The notes under the pieces: generated by a model | What the model saw: only the letters and a program-made list of their open reading frames with translations | Database searches by the model: none | Told to the model about the DNA's origin: nothing | Assembly (NCBI RefSeq): GCF_014280195.1 | Contig: NZ_CP047960.1 | Span: forward strand, 1,500,001-1,532,000 | Direction of reading: 5' to 3' | DNA: 32,000 nt | From: Synechococcus sp. A15-24 | GTDB taxonomy: Bacteria > Cyanobacteriota > Cyanobacteriia > PCC-6307 > Cyanobiaceae | Part shown: piece after piece, positions 7,747 to 17,577 of the stretch | Layout: every line of letters begins with the position of its first letter | Numbering within the stretch: position 1 is the first letter of the stretch | Made by a program: the position numbers and the translations under genes

Positions 7747-8096
7747 TGCCTACCGGGAGAAGGGGTGGAATGTTCGCTCGGGACATTGGTCCGCCAGATC
7801 CCTTCCCGTCAAGCAATTGGGCACACAGCCAAGATCACTGTCCATAGTGAACCTGATAAGCCCGGCTTATCACCCTGTCCCTCACTGTTCCGCACTGCTG
7901 TGGTAGTTCCTGTGATCACATCCGCACAAGTCGTTGCCGCGACAAGCCTTGATGCATACCTTCACCTGAACGAATGGTCCTGATGCCATTGGCTGAGGGG
8001 TGGAATGTTCAACCCATGCCATTCGGTTCTGATGGTGATCGAAAAATACCTACCGCTAAACCCCACAATGGTGAGCCTTTCTGAGCTCTCCGTTCG
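7747..8096. promoter_or_regulatory. Divergent non-coding region between csoS1 (-) and rdgB (+). It presumably holds the cso operon promoter/5' UTR. It contains three dyads and a 15-nt direct repeat
   Basis: At 350 nt this is the largest non-coding gap in the window. Dyads: TCACT-N6-AGTGA (7835-7850), GATAAGC-CCG-GCTTATC (7855-7871) and TGTGATCACA (7911-7920). Direct repeat: AGGGGTGGAATGTTC at 7761-7775 and 7996-8010. A weak -35-like TTGACG (7807-7812, minus) has only a poor -10 candidate. No TSS can be assigned from sequence alone. Confidence 0.5.
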
Positions 8097-8675
8097 GTGC
8101 GACGTCTAACCATTGCCACCGGCAACCCCATCAAGGTCGCCGAGATTGAAGCAATGCTTGGACCGTTGCGTCTCGAGGTCCAGCGTCAACCCAATGATCT
8201 CGACGTTGACGAGACAGGAGCGACTTATCTGGAGAACGCTTCATTGAAAGCCAGTGCCGCTGCGTTGCGCACCAACGAATGGGCCCTGGCGGATGATTCC
8301 GGCTTGGAAGTTGATGCCTTACGCGGTGCCCCGGGTTTGTTTTCCGCCCGTTACGCCAGCGGCAACGACGCCAAAATTCAGCGTCTACTGGAGGAACTCA
8401 ACAGTTCCCCCTATCGGAGTGCCTGTTTCCGCAGCACGATGGTGATCAGCGATCCTTCCGGCACTTGTGTGGCCTCAGCCGAAGGGGTCTGCTGGGGTGA
8501 ACTGCTGCTGAAACCGGCCTATGCCGGCGGTGGCTTCGAATCGCTGTTGTGGGTGCGGGAAGCCCGTTGCACCTACGGGGAGCTCAACGCAGCCCAACTC
8601 ACCCGTCTGGGGAGCCGTGGCAAAGCGGCACGCGCCCTGGCACCGGATCTTCGACGCCTGCTGAGATTGAACTGA
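8097..8675 (+). CDS. rdgB: Non-canonical purine NTP pyrophosphatase (Ham1/RdgB family)
   Basis: A 192-aa ORF with a GTG start. Family motifs are present: ATGNPIKVAEIE, ETGATYLENASLKA and ADDSGLEVDALRGAPGLFSARY. Confidence 0.88.
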   Translation: MRRLTIATGNPIKVAEIEAMLGPLRLEVQRQPNDLDVDETGATYLENASLKASAAALRTNEWALADDSGLEVDALRGAPGLFSARYASGNDAKIQRLLEELNSSPYRSACFRSTMVISDPSGTCVASAEGVCWGELLLKPAYAGGGFESLLWVREARCTYGELNAAQLTRLGSRGKAARALAPDLRRLLRLN

Positions 8676-8678
8676 GGC

Positions 8679-9464
8679 TCAGCGCAACGTGGAACGTCGG
8701 TTGACGGTTTCAATGGCCCGCATAGCCGCAGCAGCAGCCTCCTCCACATCCCCTTCCCGTCCGGCCAGGGTGAGCCGGCCAAAGGCACCGACGGCTTTCA
8801 CGTCCACCAAGGTGATGTTGGACGCTTTTTCCGCTTCATTCGCCGCAATCAGTACGTAGCCAGCGGGCTCTGTTTCGAGAATGAACATGCTCATGCCGGC
8901 CTCGATCATCGAGCCACGGCGGTTCTGGCGGTTGATCAACACCGCATGATCCGGGGTGATCGCCCGGATCACCTCCGTCCAACTCACATCAGCGGGGGAA
9001 CGCTGCTCGATGGTGCTGCCGATCGCTTCCAGCACCACATCACCGGAATGAAGCACCGTGCTCTGGTCACGGTGATAAAGCGCCATCGATCCGAAGGCAC
9101 GTTCCACCACCATCTGGCCAAGGCGCACATCACTCGCCTTGAGGGCGATGTCCGTCACGCGGTGAACCGCCATACCCGGCGACACCTCCATCCACAGACA
9201 GGCATCGCCCGGAATGGGCAGAAATCCTTGGCTCACCGAACCCATGTAAGCCGCCAATTGAGGCTGCAATGAGTCGATGAACACATGGGTGCGCAGCTCG
9301 ATCGACTGCACATGGCTGTTCTGGCGTTGCAACCTGGGGGATTCGGAATCCGTGGTCACAACACAACTCGCACCTCCCTGGGGAGGTTTCACCTCAGTGC
9401 CGGTCACGAGAGCGCTTCCACCGCGCCGCCGCTCCCGGGCCTCGAAGCTGGCGAAACGGGTCAT
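8679..9464 (-). CDS. csoS1D: Tandem-BMC-domain carboxysome shell protein CsoS1D (pseudohexamer, gated-pore type)
   Basis: A 261-aa ORF. Its position one gene (ham1) upstream of the cso operon is the known arrangement in marine picocyanobacteria. The sequence is recognisable (…[21 protein letters not shown]…[21 protein letters not shown]…). Confidence 0.85.
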   Translation of the reverse strand: MTRFASFEARERRRGGSALVTGTEVKPPQGGASCVVTTDSESPRLQRQNSHVQSIELRTHVFIDSLQPQLAAYMGSVSQGFLPIPGDACLWMEVSPGMAVHRVTDIALKASDVRLGQMVVERAFGSMALYHRDQSTVLHSGDVVLEAIGSTIEQRSPADVSWTEVIRAITPDHAVLINRQNRRGSMIEAGMSMFILETEPAGYVLIAANEAEKASNITLVDVKAVGAFGRLTLAGREGDVEEAAAAAMRAIETVNRRSTLR

Positions 9465-9497
9465 GGCGGGGAGTGTACCGGATGAATTCGGTGTTTC

Positions 9498-9515
9498 CGG
9501 CTGTGATCACAGCCG
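9498..9515. promoter_or_regulatory. 18-bp perfect palindrome CGGCTGTGATCACAGCCG in the csoS1D / HTH-gene divergent intergenic region (candidate operator or hairpin)
   Basis: All nine base pairs of the dyad were checked by hand. The core TGTGATCACA recurs at 7911-7920, upstream of csoS1. Confidence 0.45.
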
Positions 9516-9583
9516 TGGGAAGCGGTCTTGCGTGCCGAAGCGCAGCCGATACTGTCCGCTTATCAACACTGAGGACTCCGGTG

Positions 9584-9961
9584 ATGAGCGAGCAATCCCC
9601 CCTGAATGCGGTTGAGTTGAATGCCGACCAGGCCCTGGGCATGGTCAGTTTCGGCTTGATGCAACGGCTGGCCAAGGATGGACAGGTGGATCTGCCCTGG
9701 CTGGAGACCGCCGTGGACAGCGAGGTGGAACGGGCCCGGCAGCTACGCCAACGCCTGGAGCTCACCGCCCTGGCCATCAACACCGGCGCACCGCTCACCA
9801 CAGCGGAGGTCACCCTGCTGCTGGGGGCCCGCCCTGGCAGCGAGCAGGTTGAGCGTGGCGGACTGATGGCGCGGCGCGTCAGCCGCAACGTCTGGCGGCT
9901 CAGCAAGCTGGAGGACAGCGATCGTTCCGACCGCTACGACGGCTTCCGCCGTCGCCTCTGA
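9584..9961 (+). CDS. Conserved-looking hypothetical protein with a C-terminal excisionase/MerR-like (HTH_17-like) helix-turn-helix; candidate DNA-binding protein
   Basis: Lies in ORF 9473..9961(+). I chose the ATG at 9584, which is preceded by GAGGA 9 nt upstream (a GTG at 9581 is also possible). The tail PLTTAEVTLLLGARPGSEQVERGGLMARRVSRNVWRL fits the pattern LTxxEaaxLLG...G.L.A.+.gR.WR of excisionase-type HTH domains. The function is inferred from this pattern only. Confidence 0.6.
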   Translation: MSEQSPLNAVELNADQALGMVSFGLMQRLAKDGQVDLPWLETAVDSEVERARQLRQRLELTALAINTGAPLTTAEVTLLLGARPGSEQVERGGLMARRVSRNVWRLSKLEDSDRSDRYDGFRRRL

Positions 9962-10023
9962 TCCGGAAGAGTTTCAGGGGCTGAGCGTCACCAGCCCGCT
10001 GCCGAGGTCAGGTTGTGGGCTGA

Positions 10024-11319
<1,296 letters not shown>

Positions 11320-11323
11320 CACC

Positions 11324-12898
11324 ATGGATCTCACGCTCTGGACCTACGAAGGACCACCCCATGTGGGGGCCATGCGCATCGCCGCCTCCATGCAAGGGGT
11401 GCACTACGTGTTGCATGCACCGCAGGGCGACACCTACGCCGACCTGCTGTTCACGATGATCGAACGGCGCGGCCAGCGCCCGCCGGTGACCTACACCACC
11501 TTTCAGGCCCGGGACCTGGGTGGCGACACGGCCGAACTGGTGAAGCGCCATGTGCGGGAAGCGGTGGACCGCTTCCAACCCGATGCACTGCTGGTGGGGG
11601 AAAGCTGCACGGCTGAACTGATCCAGGACCAACCCGGTGCCCTGGCGCAGGGCATGGGGCTGACCATGCCGGTGGTGAGCCTTGAACTGCCGGCTTACAG
11701 CAAAAAGGAGAACTGGGGCGCCTCAGAAACCCTCTATCAGTTGGTGCGGGGTCTGCTGAAACAACAGGTGCCGGCTGAGCCGAAGCATGACCCCAAGCGC
11801 TGGCAGCAACAGGGGCGTCGACCACGGGTGAATCTGCTGGGCCCGTCCTTGCTCGGGTTCCGCTGCCGCGATGACGTGCTGGAGGTGCAGACGCTGCTCA
11901 CGATGCACGGCATCGATGTGGCGGTCGTCGCCCCCCTGGGAGCTGGCGTAGAAGACGTGCACCGTCTGCCGGAGGCCGACCTGAACATCTGCCTCTACCC
12001 GGAGGTGGCTGAATCCACCTGCCTCTGGCTGGAACGCAACTTCGGCATGCCCTTCAGCCGCACAGTGCCGATCGGTGTCGGCGCCACCCACGACTTCCTG
12101 GTTGAAGTGCACACAGCTCTGGGACTGGAACCACCCTCGCCGCAGGAAGGCTATCGCCGCTCACGCCTGCCTTGGTATTCCGAATCCGTTGACTCCACTT
12201 ACCTCACCGGCAAACGGGTGTTCATCTTTGGCGATGGCAGCCATGCCATCGCTGCCGCCCGCATCTGCAGTGAGGAACTGGGCTTTCAGGTGGTGGGGCT
12301 GGGTACCTACAGCCGCGAGATGGCTCGGCCAGTGAGGGCCGCTGCGAAGGCCCTGGGGCTGGAGGCCCTGATCTGCGACGACTATCTGGCGGTGGAGGCG
12401 GCCATGGCCGAAACAGCTCCTGAACTGGTGCTGGGCACGCAGATGGAACGCCACAGCGCCAAACGGCTGGGGATTCCCTGCGCGGTGATCAGCACGCCAA
12501 TGCACGTTCAGGACGTGCCAGCCCGGATGAGCCCGCAGATGGGCTGGGAAGGGGCGAACGTGATCTTCGACAGCTGGGTGCACCCGCTGATGATGGGCCT
12601 GGAGGAGCACCTGATCGGCATGTTCCGCCACGATTTCGAATTCGTGGACGGCCATCAGAGCCATCTGGGCCATGCCGGTGGCTCCGGAGCATCCCAGCAG
12701 AGCAGGTTAAGCGACGTTCCCGAGGCCGAGGAGGGCGACGTAGTGTGGACCGCTGATGGCGAGGCGGAACTGAAGAAGATCCCCTTTTTCGTGCGCGGGA
12801 AAGTCCGCCGCAATGCCGAGGCCTACGCCCGAGAAGTGGGGTGCCGGGAAATCAGCAGCGAGACGTTGTACGACGCCAAAGCCCACTACAAGGCATGA
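11324..12898 (+). CDS. chlB: Light-independent protochlorophyllide reductase (DPOR) subunit B
   Basis: A 524-aa ORF ([48 protein letters not shown]...) that is classic ChlB. Confidence 0.96.
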   Translation: MDLTLWTYEGPPHVGAMRIAASMQGVHYVLHAPQGDTYADLLFTMIERRGQRPPVTYTTFQARDLGGDTAELVKRHVREAVDRFQPDALLVGESCTAELIQDQPGALAQGMGLTMPVVSLELPAYSKKENWGASETLYQLVRGLLKQQVPAEPKHDPKRWQQQGRRPRVNLLGPSLLGFRCRDDVLEVQTLLTMHGIDVAVVAPLGAGVEDVHRLPEADLNICLYPEVAESTCLWLERNFGMPFSRTVPIGVGATHDFLVEVHTALGLEPPSPQEGYRRSRLPWYSESVDSTYLTGKRVFIFGDGSHAIAAARICSEELGFQVVGLGTYSREMARPVRAAAKALGLEALICDDYLAVEAAMAETAPELVLGTQMERHSAKRLGIPCAVISTPMHVQDVPARMSPQMGWEGANVIFDSWVHPLMMGLEEHLIGMFRHDFEFVDGHQSHLGHAGGSGASQQSRLSDVPEAEEGDVVWTADGEAELKKIPFFVRGKVRRNAEAYAREVGCREISSETLYDAKAHYKA

Positions 12899-12919
12899 GC
12901 ATTTGCACTCATTTTTTTT
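12895..12919 (+). terminator. Weak candidate intrinsic terminator after chlB
   Basis: ATGAG...CTCAT forms a 5-bp stem (12895-12899 / 12908-12912) that overlaps the chlB stop codon. It runs directly into a T8 tract (12912-12919). The stem is short and AT-rich, so its strength is doubtful. Confidence 0.3.
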
Positions 12920-13047
12920 ATTTAATTGAAAGAAATTCTGTTTTTAAGGCTCAGCCAGAAACCAGATCTTTCATTTCTTAGTGAAAACCAACCACGGCAC
13001 ATCTGCTGCTGTTGAATGAACCTGTCTCCTCTTGTGAAGGTCGCTGA

Positions 13048-14958
<1,911 letters not shown>

Positions 14959-15330
14959 TCAGCGCCAGATCACCCGCAGACGATTGGGTGCAATCCATTG
15001 ATCCTGCTCGCTCAGCAACCGTTTCTCACCGCCAATGCTGAACAACCGATCAAAGCGTTGCTGCAGGGTTTCCAACTTCTTCGATTCAAGATTCACCACC
15101 GCTGCAATCTCGCCGTGGCGCTCAAGCCGCTCCTGATAGGCCACAGAAAGGCGCGCCACGCTGACGCAACCCACGAGAATCAGCGCACTCTTGGCCGCCA
15201 GAGCGATCAGGCTGCAGTGCAGTTCCTGTCGGTCCAGCTGGCGCTGAATCGTTGCAGCACGATGAGCGGCCGCTTCCGCCGATGGCTGATTAGTGAGTCG
15301 GGATGACTTTGTCGTTGACGCCGTCACCAC
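14959..15330 (-). CDS. Hypothetical single-pass membrane protein with a coiled-coil segment (topology reminiscent of FtsB/DivIC-type septation proteins; not verified)
   Basis: A 123-aa ORF with a GTG start and no in-frame ATG. It has a hydrophobic segment (LIALAAKSALILVGCVSVARL) followed by a heptad-like region (QERLERHGEIAAVVNLESKKLETLQQRFDRL). It lies on the same strand between psaM and por. Confidence 0.55.
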   Translation of the reverse strand: MVTASTTKSSRLTNQPSAEAAAHRAATIQRQLDRQELHCSLIALAAKSALILVGCVSVARLSVAYQERLERHGEIAAVVNLESKKLETLQQRFDRLFSIGGEKRLLSEQDQWIAPNRLRVIWR

Positions 15331-15362
15331 GACTGTTCAGATGTCCGCTTGTAACGCAGTGA

Positions 15363-15467
15363 TCAGGCTTCGTAAAGGCTGATGGAGAGACGCAGGGCCA
15401 GCACAGCAGCGTGGGCTGCCACCACGAGAGCAACGAACACTTCAGCCGAAGTCAGAGCAGTGGCCAT
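15363..15467 (-). CDS. psaM: Photosystem I reaction centre subunit XII (PsaM), 34 aa
   Basis: Not in the supplied ORF track because it is too short. Hand translation of the minus strand gives MATALTSAEVFVALVVAAHAAVLALRLSISLYEA*, which has the single-TM PsaM pattern (compare ...ALVVAL.P..LA.RLS.ELYK in other cyanobacteria). The ATG is at 15467-15465 and the TGA at 15365-15363. Confidence 0.85.
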   Translation of the reverse strand: MATALTSAEVFVALVVAAHAAVLALRLSISLYEA

Positions 15468-15550
15468 GGGAAAGAAGACACAAGCGATCCCATTGTTCTC
15501 CCTCAGCAGGGCTTCAGGCCATCATTCGCAAAGGCCTGTCACACCCGTCG

Positions 15551-16021
15551 ATGGAACCGGTTCAGATCAATGCCGATGCGATCCGGCGTCTCGACCTCAC
15601 TCCCCTGCAGCCCTGGAGCAGCCAGCCGCTGCCGTCGCTGCTGGAGCAAGGCCCTGCTTTGGAACTGCAGTTCGACTGGCCTCGCGATCCTTCGGATCCC
15701 CGGGAACTTGCCGAATGCCCCGAGCCACGGCTCTGGGCCGTGCGGGCCGATGCCCGTTATCCCTGGCTACCGCTGCTGTTGGAACGCGACCAGGGCAGTT
15801 TGATCCGCCATGTGGCCATGGTGGTGCCCCACAGCTTCAACCGCAGTGAGGGACTGCGATTCGAGCCCCAGGCCCTCGAGCTGTGGATCACCCACCGGCT
15901 GATGCAACTGGATGACCTCTGCACCGCCACGCTGGGACGCCCCCAACGGGGCAACCTGTCGCAGATGGCAGCGTCCCTCGGCTACGAGCTAGACGCTGGC
16001 TTCTGGACCCTGTTGAGCTGA
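15551..16021 (+). CDS. Conserved cyanobacterial protein, tentatively CRR6-like (DUF1817, NDH-1 assembly factor family)
   Basis: A 156-aa ORF with an acidic/Trp-Pro-rich core (LELQFDWPRDPSDPRELAECPEPRLWAVRADARYPWLPLLLE...). I recall this pattern from CRR6-family proteins. The family assignment is from memory and has not been searched. Confidence 0.55.
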   Translation: MEPVQINADAIRRLDLTPLQPWSSQPLPSLLEQGPALELQFDWPRDPSDPRELAECPEPRLWAVRADARYPWLPLLLERDQGSLIRHVAMVVPHSFNRSEGLRFEPQALELWITHRLMQLDDLCTATLGRPQRGNLSQMAASLGYELDAGFWTLLS

Positions 16022-16024
16022 GCC

Positions 16025-16798
16025 TCAGACCATCAACAAATGCAGGGCCCGCCGGCAGCTGTCCACCGCCAGCGCGATCGCCAGGCCCCGCAGCAACCGC
16101 ACCAGCACCACCGCATCAAACCGATCCAGACGACTGGCGGACCATTGCGCCGCCAGGGCCGCCACACCCCCCAGCACCAGTCCCATCCAGGGCACCCCTC
16201 GCCCCTCATGCAGGAACTGCAGCGAAGCCGCTGACGCCGAGCAGAACACCGCCACGGTGCTGAGGCGCACCGCCCGATGAATGGGAACCCCCAGGGGTCC
16301 GTTCATCAGTGGCACCATCACCAGGCCACCACCAAGGCCGAGCATTCCGGCGGTCCAGCCGGCAATGCAGCCCACCCCCGCCAACAGCCCCACCTGGCCG
16401 TTGGTCTCCTCGTCCACGCCGGGTGTTGCCTCCTCCTCCCGCACGCGTACGGCAAAGGCCAGCACCACGTAGATCAACGTCTGCATCGCCAGCAGCAGCC
16501 AACCGCTCACCACGCCGGCCAGACCGCCGAACAACAGCGCTGAACCAAAGGCGGACAGTCCAATAGCCACACCGGTTCGAACCGGCAGCGATCCACTGCG
16601 CAGGTGGGACACCAGGCCCGCCAGGGCCGTGGGAACAATGGCAAAGCTGCTGGTGGCCAGAGCCTGATGGGGCGGAAGATCCAACCAGAGCAGCAGGGGC
16701 GCGAAGATCAAACCACCTCCGATGCCCAGCAGGCCGGCCAACCCGCCAGCCAGCAGGCCAAGGCCGATTAGCAGGGGGATGTCCCACCAGGGCAGCAC
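16025..16798 (-). CDS. TSUP (TauE/SafE, DUF81) family anion-exporter-like membrane protein
   Basis: A 257-aa ORF with a GTG start and multiple TM segments. It has the duplicated motif GLLGIGGGLIFAPLL / GMLGLGGGLVMVPLM typical of TauE/SafE. Confidence 0.85.
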   Translation of the reverse strand: MLPWWDIPLLIGLGLLAGGLAGLLGIGGGLIFAPLLLWLDLPPHQALATSSFAIVPTALAGLVSHLRSGSLPVRTGVAIGLSAFGSALLFGGLAGVVSGWLLLAMQTLIYVVLAFAVRVREEEATPGVDEETNGQVGLLAGVGCIAGWTAGMLGLGGGLVMVPLMNGPLGVPIHRAVRLSTVAVFCSASAASLQFLHEGRGVPWMGLVLGGVAALAAQWSASRLDRFDAVVLVRLLRGLAIALAVDSCRRALHLLMV

Positions 16799-16824
16799 GT
16801 CATCGCTCGCTCACGATCTCCAGC

Positions 16825-17577
16825 ATGCCGACCGCCCGATCCCCTGGCCGACTCATTCCCAACCGGATCGCGGATGGCCCGACCCAGATGGCCATCGATG
16901 CGCTGCTGCTGGCCCAGGCCACGGAGGTTCCGGTGCTGCGCTTCTACCGCTGGGACGGACCATGGCTGTCCTTGGGCCGCCATCAGCGCCACTGGCCCCA
17001 GCACTGGGAGCAACTGGCGAAGGAGGGGCGCCTTCGCATGGTGCGTCGGCCCAGTGGCGGCCAGGCCGTCCTTCACGCCGGGGGGCTCACCTACGCACTG
17101 ATCTGGCCTTCCGCCCCACGCCGACGCAAGCAGGCCTACCGCGAGGCCTGCCAATGGTTGATCGATGGCTTCAGCCAACTGGGGCTGCCTTTGCAGTTCG
17201 GGGACGATCCCGCCCTGGGCAGCAGCAGCAATTGCTTCGCCAGCTCCACCGCAGCGGATCTCGTGGACCGTGCCGGCGTGAAACGCATCGGCAGTGCCCA
17301 GTGCTGGCAGCACGGACGTCTGCTCCAGCACGGCGAAATCCTGCTGGACCCTCCGCCGATGCTCTGGAACGCGGTATTCGGCGAAGCCGCCCCGCCTGCA
17401 GCAGCGGCAAACCTCAACCGGCTGACGCTGGAGCAACAGCTGATCAATGCCATGGCCATGGCCTGGCCTGATGTGGTCTGGGAGGAGGTGCCCCTCAGCG
17501 ACGACGAACGTGCTCAGGTGGAGGCCCGTTCACGGTCCGATTGTTCGGAATTTGCGGGCATCGACGCAACGATCTGA
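16825..17577 (+). CDS. Lipoate/octanoate-protein ligase family protein (BPL_LplA_LipB domain)
   Basis: A 250-aa ORF. Motifs include QMAIDALLL, LRFYRWDGPWLSLGRHQ, RRPSGGQAVLHAGGLTYALI and the KRIGSAQ lysine motif. Confidence 0.8.
   Translation: MPTARSPGRLIPNRIADGPTQMAIDALLLAQATEVPVLRFYRWDGPWLSLGRHQRHWPQHWEQLAKEGRLRMVRRPSGGQAVLHAGGLTYALIWPSAPRRRKQAYREACQWLIDGFSQLGLPLQFGDDPALGSSSNCFASSTAADLVDRAGVKRIGSAQCWQHGRLLQHGEILLDPPPMLWNAVFGEAAPPAAAANLNRLTLEQQLINAMAMAWPDVVWEEVPLSDDERAQVEARSRSDCSEFAGIDATI

Noticed and set aside
7911-7920. TGTGA/TCACA half-sites as a CRP- or NtcA-family binding site.
   Set aside because: CRP-type sites have the half-sites separated by 6 nt, and NtcA sites are GTA-N8-TAC. 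Here the halves are directly abutted, so the geometry does not fit those families. The dyad is kept as an unassigned candidate operator.
8671-8681. Small palindromes at convergent gene junctions (CTGAGGCTCAG at 8671-8681, TGATCA at 13936-13941, CTGACGATCAG at 19501-19511) as regulatory dyads.
   Set aside because: The symmetry is an automatic consequence of a TGA stop facing a TCA (the reverse complement of TGA). No extra evidence of function exists beyond the gene-packing point made in the findings.
15382-15849. Plus-strand ORFs of 155 and 130 aa (15382..15849 and 15411..15803) covering the psaM region and the start of the CRR6-like gene.
   Set aside because: They overlap psaM in antisense and overlap the 15551..16021 ORF out of frame. 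Their translations are Ala/Arg/Pro-rich with no recognisable features.
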